Virus record (IMG/VR): IMGVR_UViG_3300027659_000024
Strand: one strand, 5' to 3'
Length of the DNA stretch: 64,000 bases
DNA from: a virus
Lineage: Duplodnaviria; Heunggongvirae; Uroviricota; Caudoviricetes
A program made the position numbers and the translations under genes. A model generated the notes under the pieces. That model saw only the letters and a program-made list of their open reading frames with translations. It made no database searches and had not been told where the DNA came from. Below are positions 48,830 to 58,698 of the stretch, in pieces (the first letter of the stretch is position 1; every line of letters starts with the position of its first letter).

Positions 48830-49062
48830 TCATGCTTCTAATTAAAAACGAAAAAGATTATTTTGTTTATGTATTTTACTCTTGTAATTCTGGTTGGTGT
48901 ATTATAAACTCTGTTGAAGTGATAGCCAAGGACAACGAAATGGTTGATTGTCAGAAAACAGCAGAGAAGATTCTCAAGGGGTACAAAAAAGACATGAATA
49001 CATTTTATAAAGATATTGAAGAGTACGGTGATATTCTTCAAAAAGCACAAGTGAGGAATTAG
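48826..49062 (+). CDS. hypothetical protein
   Basis: Overlapping start. Confidence 0.4.
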   Translation: MIMLLIKNEKDYFVYVFYSCNSGWCIINSVEVIAKDNEMVDCQKTAEKILKGYKKDMNTFYKDIEEYGDILQKAQVRN

Positions 49063-49063
49063 A

Positions 49064-49513
49064 GTGATAAACTGTACAAGTTGTGGTACTCTCTTTGAAA
49101 AACCGATGGTCGGTAGAAAGTGTAAACCCTGTATGAATAAAAAACAAAGAGAACTCAGAAAATTAAAAAACAACGAAATAACAAAAAGATATGAGAAAAC
49201 TAAAAAAGGTTACTTAGTTAGGACTTATCGTAACATGTTGAATAGGATTTTGGGAATATTAAAAAGTAAACAGCACATATATAAAGGTTTAGAAATCTTA
49301 TCAAAAGAACAATTCTATAATTTTAGTTTAAATGATGAAAGCTATAACTTGCTTTTTGAAAATTATCAAAAAAATAACTATTGTTTAAAATTTGCACCGT
49401 CAATTGACAGGATAGATTCTGATAAAGGTTACTTACTTGACAACATCAGATGGATCAGTTTTTCAGAAAATAGTTCACTTGGGGCATCATCACATAAAAG
49501 GAGAAACAATTGA
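49064..49513 (+). CDS. zinc-finger protein with degenerate HNH-like C-terminus
   Basis: CTSCG...CKPC. C-terminal IDRIDSDKGYLLDNIRWISFSEN resembles the HNH_3 tail but lacks the catalytic His. Confidence 0.35.
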   Translation: MINCTSCGTLFEKPMVGRKCKPCMNKKQRELRKLKNNEITKRYEKTKKGYLVRTYRNMLNRILGILKSKQHIYKGLEILSKEQFYNFSLNDESYNLLFENYQKNNYCLKFAPSIDRIDSDKGYLLDNIRWISFSENSSLGASSHKRRNN

Positions 49514-50085
49514 AAATAACCGACTTTGAAAAAATCTGGTTCACATCTGATATTCATTTTGGTCACAAAGCTATTTTAGATTTTTGCCCAAATAGGATTA
49601 AAAAATACGGAGTGACGGTTAATGAAATGAATAAGAATATAATTGCAGATTGGAACGAATCTGTTTCACAAAACGATATTGTTTTTGTATTAGGAGACGT
49701 CAGTTTTGCCTCTGTTAATCAGACAGCAGAATATCTATCCCAGTTAAATGGCAACATCCATTTGGTTTATGGCAACCACTGTAGAAAATTTTTAGATAAA
49801 AAGCTTTTTACTGTTTGGTTTAAGTCTATTCAACCATATTTAGATTTACAAATTGGGCAACAGAAGATTGTACTCTGTCATTACCCTATTTATGAATGGG
49901 ATTCTTGTCATTGGGGAGCGTGGCATCTTCACGGGCACCCAACAAAACAAAAAGCTGAAGAGATTCGTGATGAATTTTTTATTCAACGTAAAAAGAAATT
50001 AAAAATACAAAGAGTTGACGGATTTTGGTTTATGTGTAAAAATATAATTTCTAATTTAAAATTCAGGAGAAAAAAAGATGTCTAA
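49510..50085 (+). CDS. calcineurin-like metallophosphoesterase (small, YfcE/lambda-PPase-sized)
   Basis: Motifs SDIHFGH, LGDVSF, YGNHC, LCHYP, HLHGH. Confidence 0.7.
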   Translation: MKITDFEKIWFTSDIHFGHKAILDFCPNRIKKYGVTVNEMNKNIIADWNESVSQNDIVFVLGDVSFASVNQTAEYLSQLNGNIHLVYGNHCRKFLDKKLFTVWFKSIQPYLDLQIGQQKIVLCHYPIYEWDSCHWGAWHLHGHPTKQKAEEIRDEFFIQRKKKLKIQRVDGFWFMCKNIISNLKFRRKKDV

Positions 50086-50333
50086 AGTCTTTGTTCAGTT
50101 TATTCTTTTTATTGTATCTTTTGTTTGTGTATTTATACAAATGAGGTTTCTCATTCTATGCCTTATATATTGTTTAGCTTTCTTTGTTGTAGTATAATGT
50201 AATTTGTTTAATTAACTCTGTAGCAGAAGAACAAATTTATCTTTCTGATGTCAGAACAAATGAACGAGTTGTTGAAATTTATTCTCTAAGATGTGAACCT
50301 TTTACATCTTTCAATTTATCTTCAGAGGATGAA

Positions 50334-50564
50334 TTGGAAAGATGTAAAAAAGCAAAAGAACACATCGAAAATATCTTACTTGGAATATACTGGACAAAAG
50401 AGATGGTTCAAAAGAACTCAAAATTACAAATGACAAGTAAAGATTCAAAAATACTTAACTGTTACTATTTGTTTGACAAAGACGGGAATCTACTTTATCC
50501 TAACTTAAATGAATTTGAAATACAGTTAGTACCACTTAAAGCAAAACAGGAGAAAGTACAATGA
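50334..50564 (+). CDS. hypothetical protein
   Basis: SD CAGAGGATGAA. Confidence 0.4.
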   Translation: MERCKKAKEHIENILLGIYWTKEMVQKNSKLQMTSKDSKILNCYYLFDKDGNLLYPNLNEFEIQLVPLKAKQEKVQ

Positions 50565-50693
50565 ATACAAACATGAACCATGTCAAGATGTTTTCATCTA
50601 AAAAAGAACAACCAAAAGAAGATTCTAAATCTAAGAATAAAAATTCTTGGAAAAATGAACGATCCCGCAACCGTGAACAAAAGAGAGGTTGGA

Positions 50694-51047
50694 ATGAGTA
50701 AATATACTTACAAGGTAGGTGACAAAGTTCGGGTAAAAGCGGTAGAATTCCCAGAGTTTATGAGTCACCTGATTGGTGAAGTTCTTGAAATTACAACTAT
50801 AAACGATGGTTATAAACAAAGGCCGTATCGCACATTTGAAAAAAAAGCTGGCGGGACTGTTAATTGTTGGGCTTTTAATTCAGAAGAGATAGAGATTGCT
50901 GAAAAAGATGAACAGTATTTTAAACACAGAAAGAAAATACTCTCAGAGAAGGCAGAAGAACTCAAGAAAGAGATGCAAGAATACGAAAATGACATTAAAC
51001 TGTTCATGTTAAAGAATCAAAAAAAGGTTGACATTTTTCCATTTTAA
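50694..51047 (+). CDS. small protein with KVGD (KOW/SH3-like) motif family
   Basis: YKVGDKVRVKA. SD GAGAGGTTGGA. Track start shortened from 50580. Confidence 0.45.
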   Translation: MSKYTYKVGDKVRVKAVEFPEFMSHLIGEVLEITTINDGYKQRPYRTFEKKAGGTVNCWAFNSEEIEIAEKDEQYFKHRKKILSEKAEELKKEMQEYENDIKLFMLKNQKKVDIFPF

Positions 51048-51090
51048 TATTAACCTTCAAGTATTGAAAACAAAATTCAAGGAGAAATAC

Positions 51091-52524
51091 ATGACATATG
51101 CATCTAATACTAAAGTTGCTCCCACTACAGGAACTGTTGTTGAAAAAAAAGAAGAACCAAAGATCGAATACATCGTAAAGCGGCGGTGGTCTTGTGGGGA
51201 CGCGACTCTGAACAATCTAGATCCTTATCTTTTTGAACTTTTTGACATGCTTTCAATCAGGCGTAGACACAACACCCAGACAGAGAAATTATTTTGTGAA
51301 GCTTATATGAAAGGTATTAAAAAAGCAGACGGTAAATTTGTTAAGTTTAATACACTAAAGGACCCCAAGACAGGTGAGGTGCTGGCGTATTACTACACAG
51401 CAACAAAAGAGCCTGTGCTTTGGTCGTCTCATGTTGACTCTGTTCATAATGGTGCAGGATATGTCAAGGTTGCTTTTGATACATTCCTGATGAATACTTT
51501 TGTTGACGGTAAGGGTTGTCCCTTGGGTGCAGACGATGCAGCAGGTATGTGGTTGCTTTTTCAAATGATCCGCGCAGGTATTGGTGGCACGTATATCTTT
51601 CACAAAGCAGAAGAGGTTGGTGGAGTAGGTTCTCGCGGAGTAGCAAAACATCATCCCGGTTTTTTGAGTAATTTTGATTATGCCATTGCGTTTGACCGAA
51701 AAGCAACACACAGCATTATTACGTATCAAGGGGGTAGTCGGTGTTGTTCAGATGTGTTTGCTAATTCACTGAGTGCCGTTCTTAATGATCACGAGGGTGT
51801 TGATTACAGGATTGATGAAGGCGGTGTTTTTACAGATACGAAGAACTACATTAACCACATTGCGGAATGTACAAATCTCTCATGTGGGTATCAAAATGAA
51901 CACACCCCCGAAGAGATGTTAAACGTCAGGTTCTTAATTGATTTGAAAAATGCTTTAGTAAAGTCTTTCATAGGTGGGTTTTCAAGACTTAAAAAATCCC
52001 GCAAAGCTGGAGATAAAGAACCTACAAAGTGGAGCACGAGAGGGGTGTATACTCACAACAATGCTGTTGCAAAACCTCCTGAGTCTTCTAAAGATTGGGG
52101 TAAACGGTACGCTGAAGAGTTGAATAAAAACAGAAAGAAAAGATCACCATCGGGCAAACACGACATTCCGTTCTATGAAGATCAGGATCTCATGTATCCA
52201 GAACGTGAACAGTACTACTCGAAAGAGACTAAAGGAAAAGGTCAGCAACCTGTATTGCCTAATTTTTTAGATCAGTTGCTCGATAAGCAAGAGTTAGAAA
52301 AGTTGTTTTTCGACATGCACGATTTAACAGCCCTTGAATTAGATATGCAAGAATTTGACATATTAGAAAATCCAAAATATTTAGAATACGAAGAAGGTGT
52401 TTTACAAGACATATCTAAAATAAGTAGAATGTCTCAAACGGAACTGAAATCATTTATAGCCAAAACAGATCTTGCGACAATGAGTAATATAATTAAAAAG
52501 CTCATATCAGAGTCGGGATATTAA
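51091..52524 (+). CDS. M28-family-like zinc peptidase domain protein
   Basis: HVDSVHNG...GADDAAGM, the M28/M20-type metal-ligand motif pair. SD CAAGGAGAAA. Confidence 0.5.
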   Translation: MTYASNTKVAPTTGTVVEKKEEPKIEYIVKRRWSCGDATLNNLDPYLFELFDMLSIRRRHNTQTEKLFCEAYMKGIKKADGKFVKFNTLKDPKTGEVLAYYYTATKEPVLWSSHVDSVHNGAGYVKVAFDTFLMNTFVDGKGCPLGADDAAGMWLLFQMIRAGIGGTYIFHKAEEVGGVGSRGVAKHHPGFLSNFDYAIAFDRKATHSIITYQGGSRCCSDVFANSLSAVLNDHEGVDYRIDEGGVFTDTKNYINHIAECTNLSCGYQNEHTPEEMLNVRFLIDLKNALVKSFIGGFSRLKKSRKAGDKEPTKWSTRGVYTHNNAVAKPPESSKDWGKRYAEELNKNRKKRSPSGKHDIPFYEDQDLMYPEREQYYSKETKGKGQQPVLPNFLDQLLDKQELEKLFFDMHDLTALELDMQEFDILENPKYLEYEEGVLQDISKISRMSQTELKSFIAKTDLATMSNIIKKLISESGY

Positions 52525-52548
52525 TTTTGAAAACAGACTTTTGAAAGA

Positions 52549-52577
52549 TTGTTGACTAACAAAAGATTTAATTGTAT
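52549..52577 (+). promoter_or_regulatory. sigma70-like promoter TTGACT-N17-TGTATAAT
   Basis: Direct read. Confidence 0.55.
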
Positions 52578-52610
52578 AATTTGACCGTTTAAATAAATAA
52601 GGAGAAATAA

Positions 52611-54611
52611 ATGTCAAAGAATTTGAAAGTTTTTACTACTGAAGATATTAATTCTATGCTTTCAGAAGCTTTTGAAAGCACACACAATGCATTGTGTACC
52701 AGCAGTAATTACAGGTTGTTGATGCGAACTTTAGATGATGCTTTAGTTACGAAAAGCACCCTGCCATTGGAGAAATCGCGTGACGAGGGAAGAGTAGAAG
52801 CGATTGTGTACTTCTGTAGCACTTTCTGTAGTCATTTGATAATGATAACAGAGAAAGCTTTGAATTACCAGTTCTCTATGTATAATCTAACTAAAAATTT
52901 TGAAGATTATTGTGCTAATAAAGAATTCAGCGAGTCGTTGCGATCACTTGAACCACTTCTGAATGCTTATAACTTAGCCAATCAGATTTGCAATTCCGAA
53001 TTGTCGGTTCCTTTTATTGTTCAAAAGCAATGTATTGAAAAGTTATCTGTATTTTTGCAATTTCCTCACAGGAAAGGATCTTCTCCAGAAAAGCTTTTCT
53101 ATATTCAGCCAAATGATTTAGCTCGGGGCAGACTTACAATGACAAAACCCGGAAAATGGTTTATGAGTAATGGTTTAGGTATTGAAAAAGATGCTTTAGA
53201 CTTTTCTACCGTTTGGGCAGCTACAGCAGAGAAAATACCTTCTGTTTTTTTCCTGTCTGAACTCACTGACAAAGGGGGACTATCTGAGGATAATTGGGAA
53301 TGGGTGTACGAAAACACAGATGCTAAGACTGGTTCTTGTATGATCAAATGTCCAGAAGTTGCTCGTGTCTACGCTGATAATCCAATTTTGGATATAGCTT
53401 ACATGACAAGCACGAATGAACCTTTTAGCGGTAAAGTTATTGCTCGAACAATTGTTCGACATGATAAGAAGCACTTTATTCGATCATATCATATTGACCA
53501 TAAGGTTCAGTGTCAATTTATAGGTTTTCTGAAAGACAAGGGTTTCGTAGAAGAGCGAGATCTTGCTGGTGTTATTTTAAAACGAATTGTAGATAAACAC
53601 AATTCAGCAAATCTGGTCTTTCCTTATTTGGATGGTAGTTCTCAATATGTTGTAGGTACAGGTGACTCGAATGCTGGTCTTGAAGTTGTGAGGAATATAA
53701 GTTCAAAAAGCAAAGAAATCGGACTCAGGTATATGGAACATTACTCTGGTTGTTCTTCTGGTAGAGTTTCTGCTTTGAATAAATGTACGCACTGTAGTAG
53801 TTTTGGTCGTGTTTCTGAAAAAGGATATATTCTCGCTGAAGGTAAACAGAAACTTATCAAAACTTGTACGTATTGTATTAGGAGTTTTATATACGATCAA
53901 AGTAAAAGACGATATTACTCGGCTTCTGATTTTAAGTTTTTCTTGAGTATCGACCATTCAGAAAAACAATATAATGTTTGTCAAGAAAATGAAAAAATAC
54001 CAGATCAATATACAGAAATCACATGTAAATACACTTTAAAGGAGTACACTGGTGGTGGTGAAAGATTTACTTTGGAAAACTTGAAAGGAGAGAAGGTATC
54101 TTGTGATTCTGTACTTGTTTCTAAAAAAATGTACACAAAGTATCCTGTGTCTTTGTATACGGGTGAAGTTACAGACGTTTCTCAGTGCTCATATTTTGAT
54201 TTTGCTGGTTTTTCTTCTATGAAAGATCTAATCGTCAGATTGTCTCGATACAATAAATACGAGCCAGAGGCAGATGCACTCAGGAAAAAATTAAAGCACT
54301 TAGACAAAAAGAAAGCCAAAAATACCTTTTTGGAATTCATGCTTAATAAGGGGGTAATTACACAGGAAGAGTACAACGAAAATACTAATGTCATAGTTGT
54401 ACCAGACCTGACAGTGAAGCTTTCGGATGGGGAATCTACTGTAGTTAGAAAACACAATCTAGAAAGTGGCGAATTGGTGTATGATTTTTCATTGTCAAAC
54501 GAAATAAAAGAGAAGCTTTGGAAACCTATTCTTTCTGAAACAGAAAAATTGAAAAAAGAACTTGATGATCTATTTAAAGAATGGGATGCTATTGAAACTG
54601 TAGTTTTTTAG
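52611..54611 (+). CDS. large hypothetical protein (666 aa) with Cys clusters
   Basis: CTHCSS...CTYC zinc-binding-like motifs. Has its own promoter and a long terminator hairpin. Confidence 0.55.
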   Translation: MSKNLKVFTTEDINSMLSEAFESTHNALCTSSNYRLLMRTLDDALVTKSTLPLEKSRDEGRVEAIVYFCSTFCSHLIMITEKALNYQFSMYNLTKNFEDYCANKEFSESLRSLEPLLNAYNLANQICNSELSVPFIVQKQCIEKLSVFLQFPHRKGSSPEKLFYIQPNDLARGRLTMTKPGKWFMSNGLGIEKDALDFSTVWAATAEKIPSVFFLSELTDKGGLSEDNWEWVYENTDAKTGSCMIKCPEVARVYADNPILDIAYMTSTNEPFSGKVIARTIVRHDKKHFIRSYHIDHKVQCQFIGFLKDKGFVEERDLAGVILKRIVDKHNSANLVFPYLDGSSQYVVGTGDSNAGLEVVRNISSKSKEIGLRYMEHYSGCSSGRVSALNKCTHCSSFGRVSEKGYILAEGKQKLIKTCTYCIRSFIYDQSKRRYYSASDFKFFLSIDHSEKQYNVCQENEKIPDQYTEITCKYTLKEYTGGGERFTLENLKGEKVSCDSVLVSKKMYTKYPVSLYTGEVTDVSQCSYFDFAGFSSMKDLIVRLSRYNKYEPEADALRKKLKHLDKKKAKNTFLEFMLNKGVITQEEYNENTNVIVVPDLTVKLSDGESTVVRKHNLESGELVYDFSLSNEIKEKLWKPILSETEKLKKELDDLFKEWDAIETVVF

Positions 54612-54616
54612 TGTTA

Positions 54617-54667
54617 AAAATCAAGTAGAAAATTACAATAATTACTGGAAATTTCTACTTGATTTTG
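54617..54667 (+). terminator. 15-bp perfect inverted repeat hairpin with 21-nt loop (terminator or binding site)
   Basis: AAAATCAAGTAGAAA...TTTCTACTTGATTTT. Confidence 0.45.
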
Positions 54668-54716
54668 TTTCTTAGTTACGATATGATTGCATTTATAAAA
54701 ATTCTGGAGGTAAACA

Positions 54717-54928
54717 TGAAGTCAGCAAAAATTTACAAGTACTGCAAAAATAAAAAATTTGAAATTGATGATCAAGTGAATATGGAAAGACCATTTGTGA
54801 TTGAGTTTGACAATGAAATTTTGAAAACAGCAGGTGGAAGTATCAGACGTTTCAAAACTTACGAGGATGCAGAAAATCGTCTAATCACTTATGCAAACGA
54901 AAAACTAAAAGAACTTCAGGCAATGTAA
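54717..54928 (+). CDS. hypothetical protein
   Basis: SD GGAGGTAAAC. Confidence 0.5.
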
Positions 54929-54992
54929 AAAAAACTTGACATAGAAATTAAATTGAATTATTATTACTGAACTGACACCAAGGGAGACTGTT

Positions 54993-55280
54993 ATGAAAGT
55001 TTATAAAAATGTTGACGTTACTGTAAAATCCGACAAGGCAGCAAAAGCTGCTCAGATGATTGCTGAAGCTGCAAAATCCGGTAAATTCTTTTCTGTTGTG
55101 TTTATCAAAAAAGATGGTTCAATTCGAGAAATGAATTGTAGAATGGGTGTAGAAAAACATCTGAAAGGGGGTGTAAAAACCTTGACAGACAACTACATTT
55201 GTGTATATGATGTTAAGTCTGAAGGTTACAGAAGTGTAGATCCTGAGAAAGTTGTTTCTGTAAACGGAGTGTCATTATGA
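54993..55280 (+). CDS. hypothetical protein
   Basis: SD AAGGGAGA. Promoter TTGACA at about 54937. Confidence 0.5.
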   Translation: MKVYKNVDVTVKSDKAAKAAQMIAEAAKSGKFFSVVFIKKDGSIREMNCRMGVEKHLKGGVKTLTDNYICVYDVKSEGYRSVDPEKVVSVNGVSL

Positions 55281-55642
55281 GTAATAATCCTAAAGTAATT
55301 TTTGAAAGCAAAGCAGATGTCAACATGAGTCAAGAAGAACAAATTGACAGACAAATTAAAATCCTTCAATACATGAAAGAAGGTTATCCTGTTGAATTTC
55401 GATCTGGGGGATCTTGGCTTCCAAAAACAAGTACACTAATTCTAAGTAAACCCGTCACCTATCGAGTTCTTGAAAAGAAAAAAGAAGTGAAAATTTATAC
55501 GATAATTTATCAAAATAATAATCAAATTCTTTCTTGGAGCACTACAAATGAAGAAGAATACAAATCAGAAATTTGTAATTTTAATTCACTTTATTCTTTC
55601 ATTCTTTTGAAAACTCATATTGACACAGTAGAAATTCAGTAG
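55277..55642 (+). CDS. hypothetical protein
   Basis: Overlapping start. Confidence 0.45.
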   Translation: MSNNPKVIFESKADVNMSQEEQIDRQIKILQYMKEGYPVEFRSGGSWLPKTSTLILSKPVTYRVLEKKKEVKIYTIIYQNNNQILSWSTTNEEEYKSEICNFNSLYSFILLKTHIDTVEIQ

Positions 55643-55735
55643 TATAATCTTTTAAATAGTTATCTTGATCTATATTAAAATCAAGAAAAAAGACAAATAT
55701 TTAATCACTCAAATCCTTAAGGAGGACTTTAAATT

Positions 55736-56047
55736 ATGGCAATTAACAAAACAAACGCAGCAACTTTCCTACCATTCGTTCAAGCACTGGCAGCAGGTCA
55801 AAAGGTTTATCACAAAAACCCAACTACAGGTAAGTGGTATGTACCTAAAGGTGGTTTTACCTTTGATCAAGACGCATCTCTGTATTGTATCGGTACACCA
55901 CCAACAGATCAACAATGGAAAGCTGCACTACGCAGTCGTGAAAACGGATCTTTGAAGGTTTCCCAGCGTACTTTCAAAACTCAAGCTGATGCTCAGAGTT
56001 TCCGATTCAACCAATACGATGTTGTTTCAGTTTTCCGTGTAGCGTAA
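55736..56047 (+). CDS. hypothetical protein (paralog of 43148 N-terminal region)
   Basis: SD AAGGAGGA. LPFVQALAAGQKVYHKNPTTGKW. Confidence 0.5.
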   Translation: MAINKTNAATFLPFVQALAAGQKVYHKNPTTGKWYVPKGGFTFDQDASLYCIGTPPTDQQWKAALRSRENGSLKVSQRTFKTQADAQSFRFNQYDVVSVFRVA

Positions 56048-56065
56048 TATTTAGTACCAAATAAG

Positions 56066-56109
56066 CCCCAAGGTTTGATTAAGAAATTACTCAAGCTTTG
56101 GGGTTTTTT
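56066..56109 (+). terminator. rho-independent terminator
   Basis: CCCCAAGGTTTGA...TCAAGCTTTGGGG stem followed by TTTTTT. Confidence 0.65.
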
Positions 56110-56195
56110 GTTTTAAAATTCTAAAAATTTTTCTTGCTAAGAGGAAAAACCTGTAGTACTATAATTATATACAAAATTTCAAAAGGAAAGTAAAA

Positions 56196-56699
56196 ATGCC
56201 AAATACAACACGAGTGCAGAGTTTTCAACCTAAACTAACTTACCTAGGGAATGTATTTGATTTTTTAAATGAAGACTTCTTAAAAGACAACATGTGGTAC
56301 ATTCCTGTAGAAAATGAAAAACAATATACAGTTGTTTCTGAGTTAATCCGCAAGTTGACAAGCAAAAGAGCACCGATTTACTCTGAAGGAGTAATCAGAT
56401 TGACTAATTCTTTTTTAACTGGCAGAAATAAATATGCTATAAGTTCGAATCTTTTGACAGGAGGTACACCAATAAGGCGTAGTACAGAGACTAGAGTAAG
56501 ATTAGAAATACCTTTTGATGAAAATGATGAAATAATATTTAATGGTCGAAAAGAAATTAATGATAAACAAAAAGAAGTTTTATACGAAATACACAAACTA
56601 GAAAAATTAATAAACGACTCAGAAGAAATTATTCAAAAGATGTTAAAGAAAAGAGAAGATTTGATTGATTTCTTTAAAAAAATTAATTCAAAGACTTAA
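56196..56699 (+). CDS. hypothetical protein
   Basis: SD AAAAGGAAAG. Confidence 0.5.
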   Translation: MPNTTRVQSFQPKLTYLGNVFDFLNEDFLKDNMWYIPVENEKQYTVVSELIRKLTSKRAPIYSEGVIRLTNSFLTGRNKYAISSNLLTGGTPIRRSTETRVRLEIPFDENDEIIFNGRKEINDKQKEVLYEIHKLEKLINDSEEIIQKMLKKREDLIDFFKKINSKT

Positions 56700-56712
56700 A
56701 AAGGGAAACTAC

Positions 56713-57033
56713 ATGAGAAAGTACGAAGCTAAAAAGACTATCAATCATCCTATTTACACCCCTGAGTGGGTTAACAAGAACACTTGGTATATTACAAACG
56801 ATACACCAGAAGAATTTCTTGCATTTTGTGATTTTATTAAAAATTACTCAGGTTATGTTTTTTCTCGTGATCCATCGACGATATCGCAGTATGCCCGTTT
56901 TGTTTGTAATTCTCATTGCTCAAGTCACAGAGCTAATGCTTATCTTTTACAGTCTAATAACAAATATCTTGATCCTAGAGATAGAAAACCCCTTCCAATC
57001 TCTTTTGAAAGGGTTGATGGTGTACTGATTTAG
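56713..57033 (+). CDS. hypothetical protein
   Basis: SD AAAGGGAAA before ATG 56713. Confidence 0.45.
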   Translation: MRKYEAKKTINHPIYTPEWVNKNTWYITNDTPEEFLAFCDFIKNYSGYVFSRDPSTISQYARFVCNSHCSSHRANAYLLQSNNKYLDPRDRKPLPISFERVDGVLI

Positions 57034-57206
57034 GGTATCCTTCAATAGAACAAAGTAAAACAGACAAAGAAATACTTGACAAAATTGAAGAATTACGACA
57101 AACTTACCTTAAATTTACAAAAGCAATTAATGATATTGAAAAACAAAGGGACTTATTAATAAAAGAGTTTGAACAATCAAAGATTAAATAGTAAAGGAGA
57201 GTAAAA

Positions 57207-57548
57207 ATGCCTAATTGTAAAGTTGGTGATATGGCTTTTGTTGTAAAAGTCAAAGGTGAAGACTATGGAAGGATTGTAACTATAATTAAAGAAGCAGATG
57301 TTGATGAATTAAAAAAGAATTTTTTACGTTTACCAGACATACACGGAAAAATATGGAAGATAAATAATCCCGTCACATGGCATCAGTTTATGTCTGACGG
57401 ATCAAAGTTATTGTTTAAAGTTCCTTTTTGTCCTGATTTTAATCTTTATCCGATTAGAGGAAATCTTCTAGAAGACCAAACAGAGATTAAAAAAGAACTT
57501 GAAAATCCTGTAACAACACAAGGAGAGTATCTTGAGTGTACAATTTAA
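57207..57548 (+). CDS. small protein, KVGD motif family
   Basis: CKVGDMAFVVKV. SD AAAGGAGAG. Confidence 0.5.
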   Translation: MPNCKVGDMAFVVKVKGEDYGRIVTIIKEADVDELKKNFLRLPDIHGKIWKINNPVTWHQFMSDGSKLLFKVPFCPDFNLYPIRGNLLEDQTEIKKELENPVTTQGEYLECTI

Positions 57549-57858
57549 ACCCGGTGATAAAGTTATTTGTATAAGAAAATCCAGATATGCTGATTGTATA
57601 GGTGAAGTTGGTGAGATATATACAATCGATAGCGCATTTGGTTTAGGTGGTATTACATTGGTCGAACAAAACGGAGTTGGTGTTGGTTTAGACGACAAAA
57701 GGTTTAAACTTTATACAGAAGAACTCTACAATAAACTAAACAGTAAAATTAAATTTGAAAAACAAATGAGTGAACAAAAGAAAAAAATGAAAGAACAACT
57801 CGATACGCTAAAAGAAAAAATATACAGATTACAGAAAATTTACGACAACATGGTATAA
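57532..57858 (+). CDS. small protein, KPGD motif family
   Basis: FKPGDKVICI. GTG start. Confidence 0.45.
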   Translation: MSVQFKPGDKVICIRKSRYADCIGEVGEIYTIDSAFGLGGITLVEQNGVGVGLDDKRFKLYTEELYNKLNSKIKFEKQMSEQKKKMKEQLDTLKEKIYRLQKIYDNMV

Positions 57859-57859
57859 T

Positions 57860-58045
57860 ATGATTTCTACAAATTTTAAAATCTTTTTAGTAAAGATTCG
57901 ATCTGACTCTTTAAAACCTGTAATTTTGAAAATAATTTCAGAATCAAAGTCAAAAGCTATTGACACAGTTTGTAATTTATATTATCCTTTTCCAAAATGC
58001 AGAGATAATGTAATTTTTGAGATATTAAAACAACAGGAGAAATAA
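57860..58045 (+). CDS. hypothetical protein
   Basis: ORF only, no clear SD. Confidence 0.3.
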   Translation: MISTNFKIFLVKIRSDSLKPVILKIISESKSKAIDTVCNLYYPFPKCRDNVIFEILKQQEK

Positions 58046-58501
58046 ATGAATAAAGGTATTTTGGTAGTGCTATCTACAAATAGAGAAAAGATTTTGCAAG
58101 AATTACATAATTTTAAATGGTTCACCTTAATCAAAAGCAAAAAAGACAATGAAGAAATGAAAGAAATTTTTTGTCAACTGGACTTTCATTTACCTTACCA
58201 AAGTGCTGCAAAAGGTTACACAAATACTGATTCACGTGGGCAAAAATGGGAAAGTGTAATGTGGTCCTGTGGTTGTGAGTCGCCCAATTGTGAACTGTTT
58301 ACAGTTGAAACTTTCGTAGCGAAACTCTTGAGTTTTTGTGGAATTTCTGATTTAGATGAAGAACTTTTATCTAAAATTCAAAAAGTTACAGAGGATCACG
58401 AAAAATTAATTAAAATGATTGATGAAAAGAAGAAACTGATTAAAAAAAATTATGAAAAAACTATTGAATTACTGCTTGACGAGTTGATTGAAAAGGTGTA
58501 G
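58046..58501 (+). CDS. hypothetical protein
   Basis: SD ACAGGAGAAA. Confidence 0.5.
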   Translation: MNKGILVVLSTNREKILQELHNFKWFTLIKSKKDNEEMKEIFCQLDFHLPYQSAAKGYTNTDSRGQKWESVMWSCGCESPNCELFTVETFVAKLLSFCGISDLDEELLSKIQKVTEDHEKLIKMIDEKKKLIKKNYEKTIELLLDELIEKV

Positions 58502-58532
58502 AATTACTTTAAATCAAAACAAGGAAGAAATA

Positions 58533-58688
58533 ATGAAAGCAATTGACTCAAAACTCAATGGAATTCTACCAAATAAAAAACTAAATCGTTGGGAAGTGTG
58601 GTATAATGGTAGACTTCTCATGAGTCACAAAGAGAGAGTCAATTGTATTTGGTACGTGAAATACTGTAAACTTTCAAAATTACATTAA
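58533..58688 (+). CDS. hypothetical protein
   Basis: SD CAAGGAAGAAA. Confidence 0.4.
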   Translation: MKAIDSKLNGILPNKKLNRWEVWYNGRLLMSHKERVNCIWYVKYCKLSKLH

Positions 58689-58698
58689 GGAGAAAATA

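Noticed and set aside
55665-55955. Plus-strand ORF overlapping the 55736 gene. The same applies to 20160..20375, 22112..22309, 36694..36945, 42900..43169, 47720..47938, 56819..57028 and 62414..62602.
   Set aside because: These are alternate-frame overlaps of better-supported genes, with no SD.
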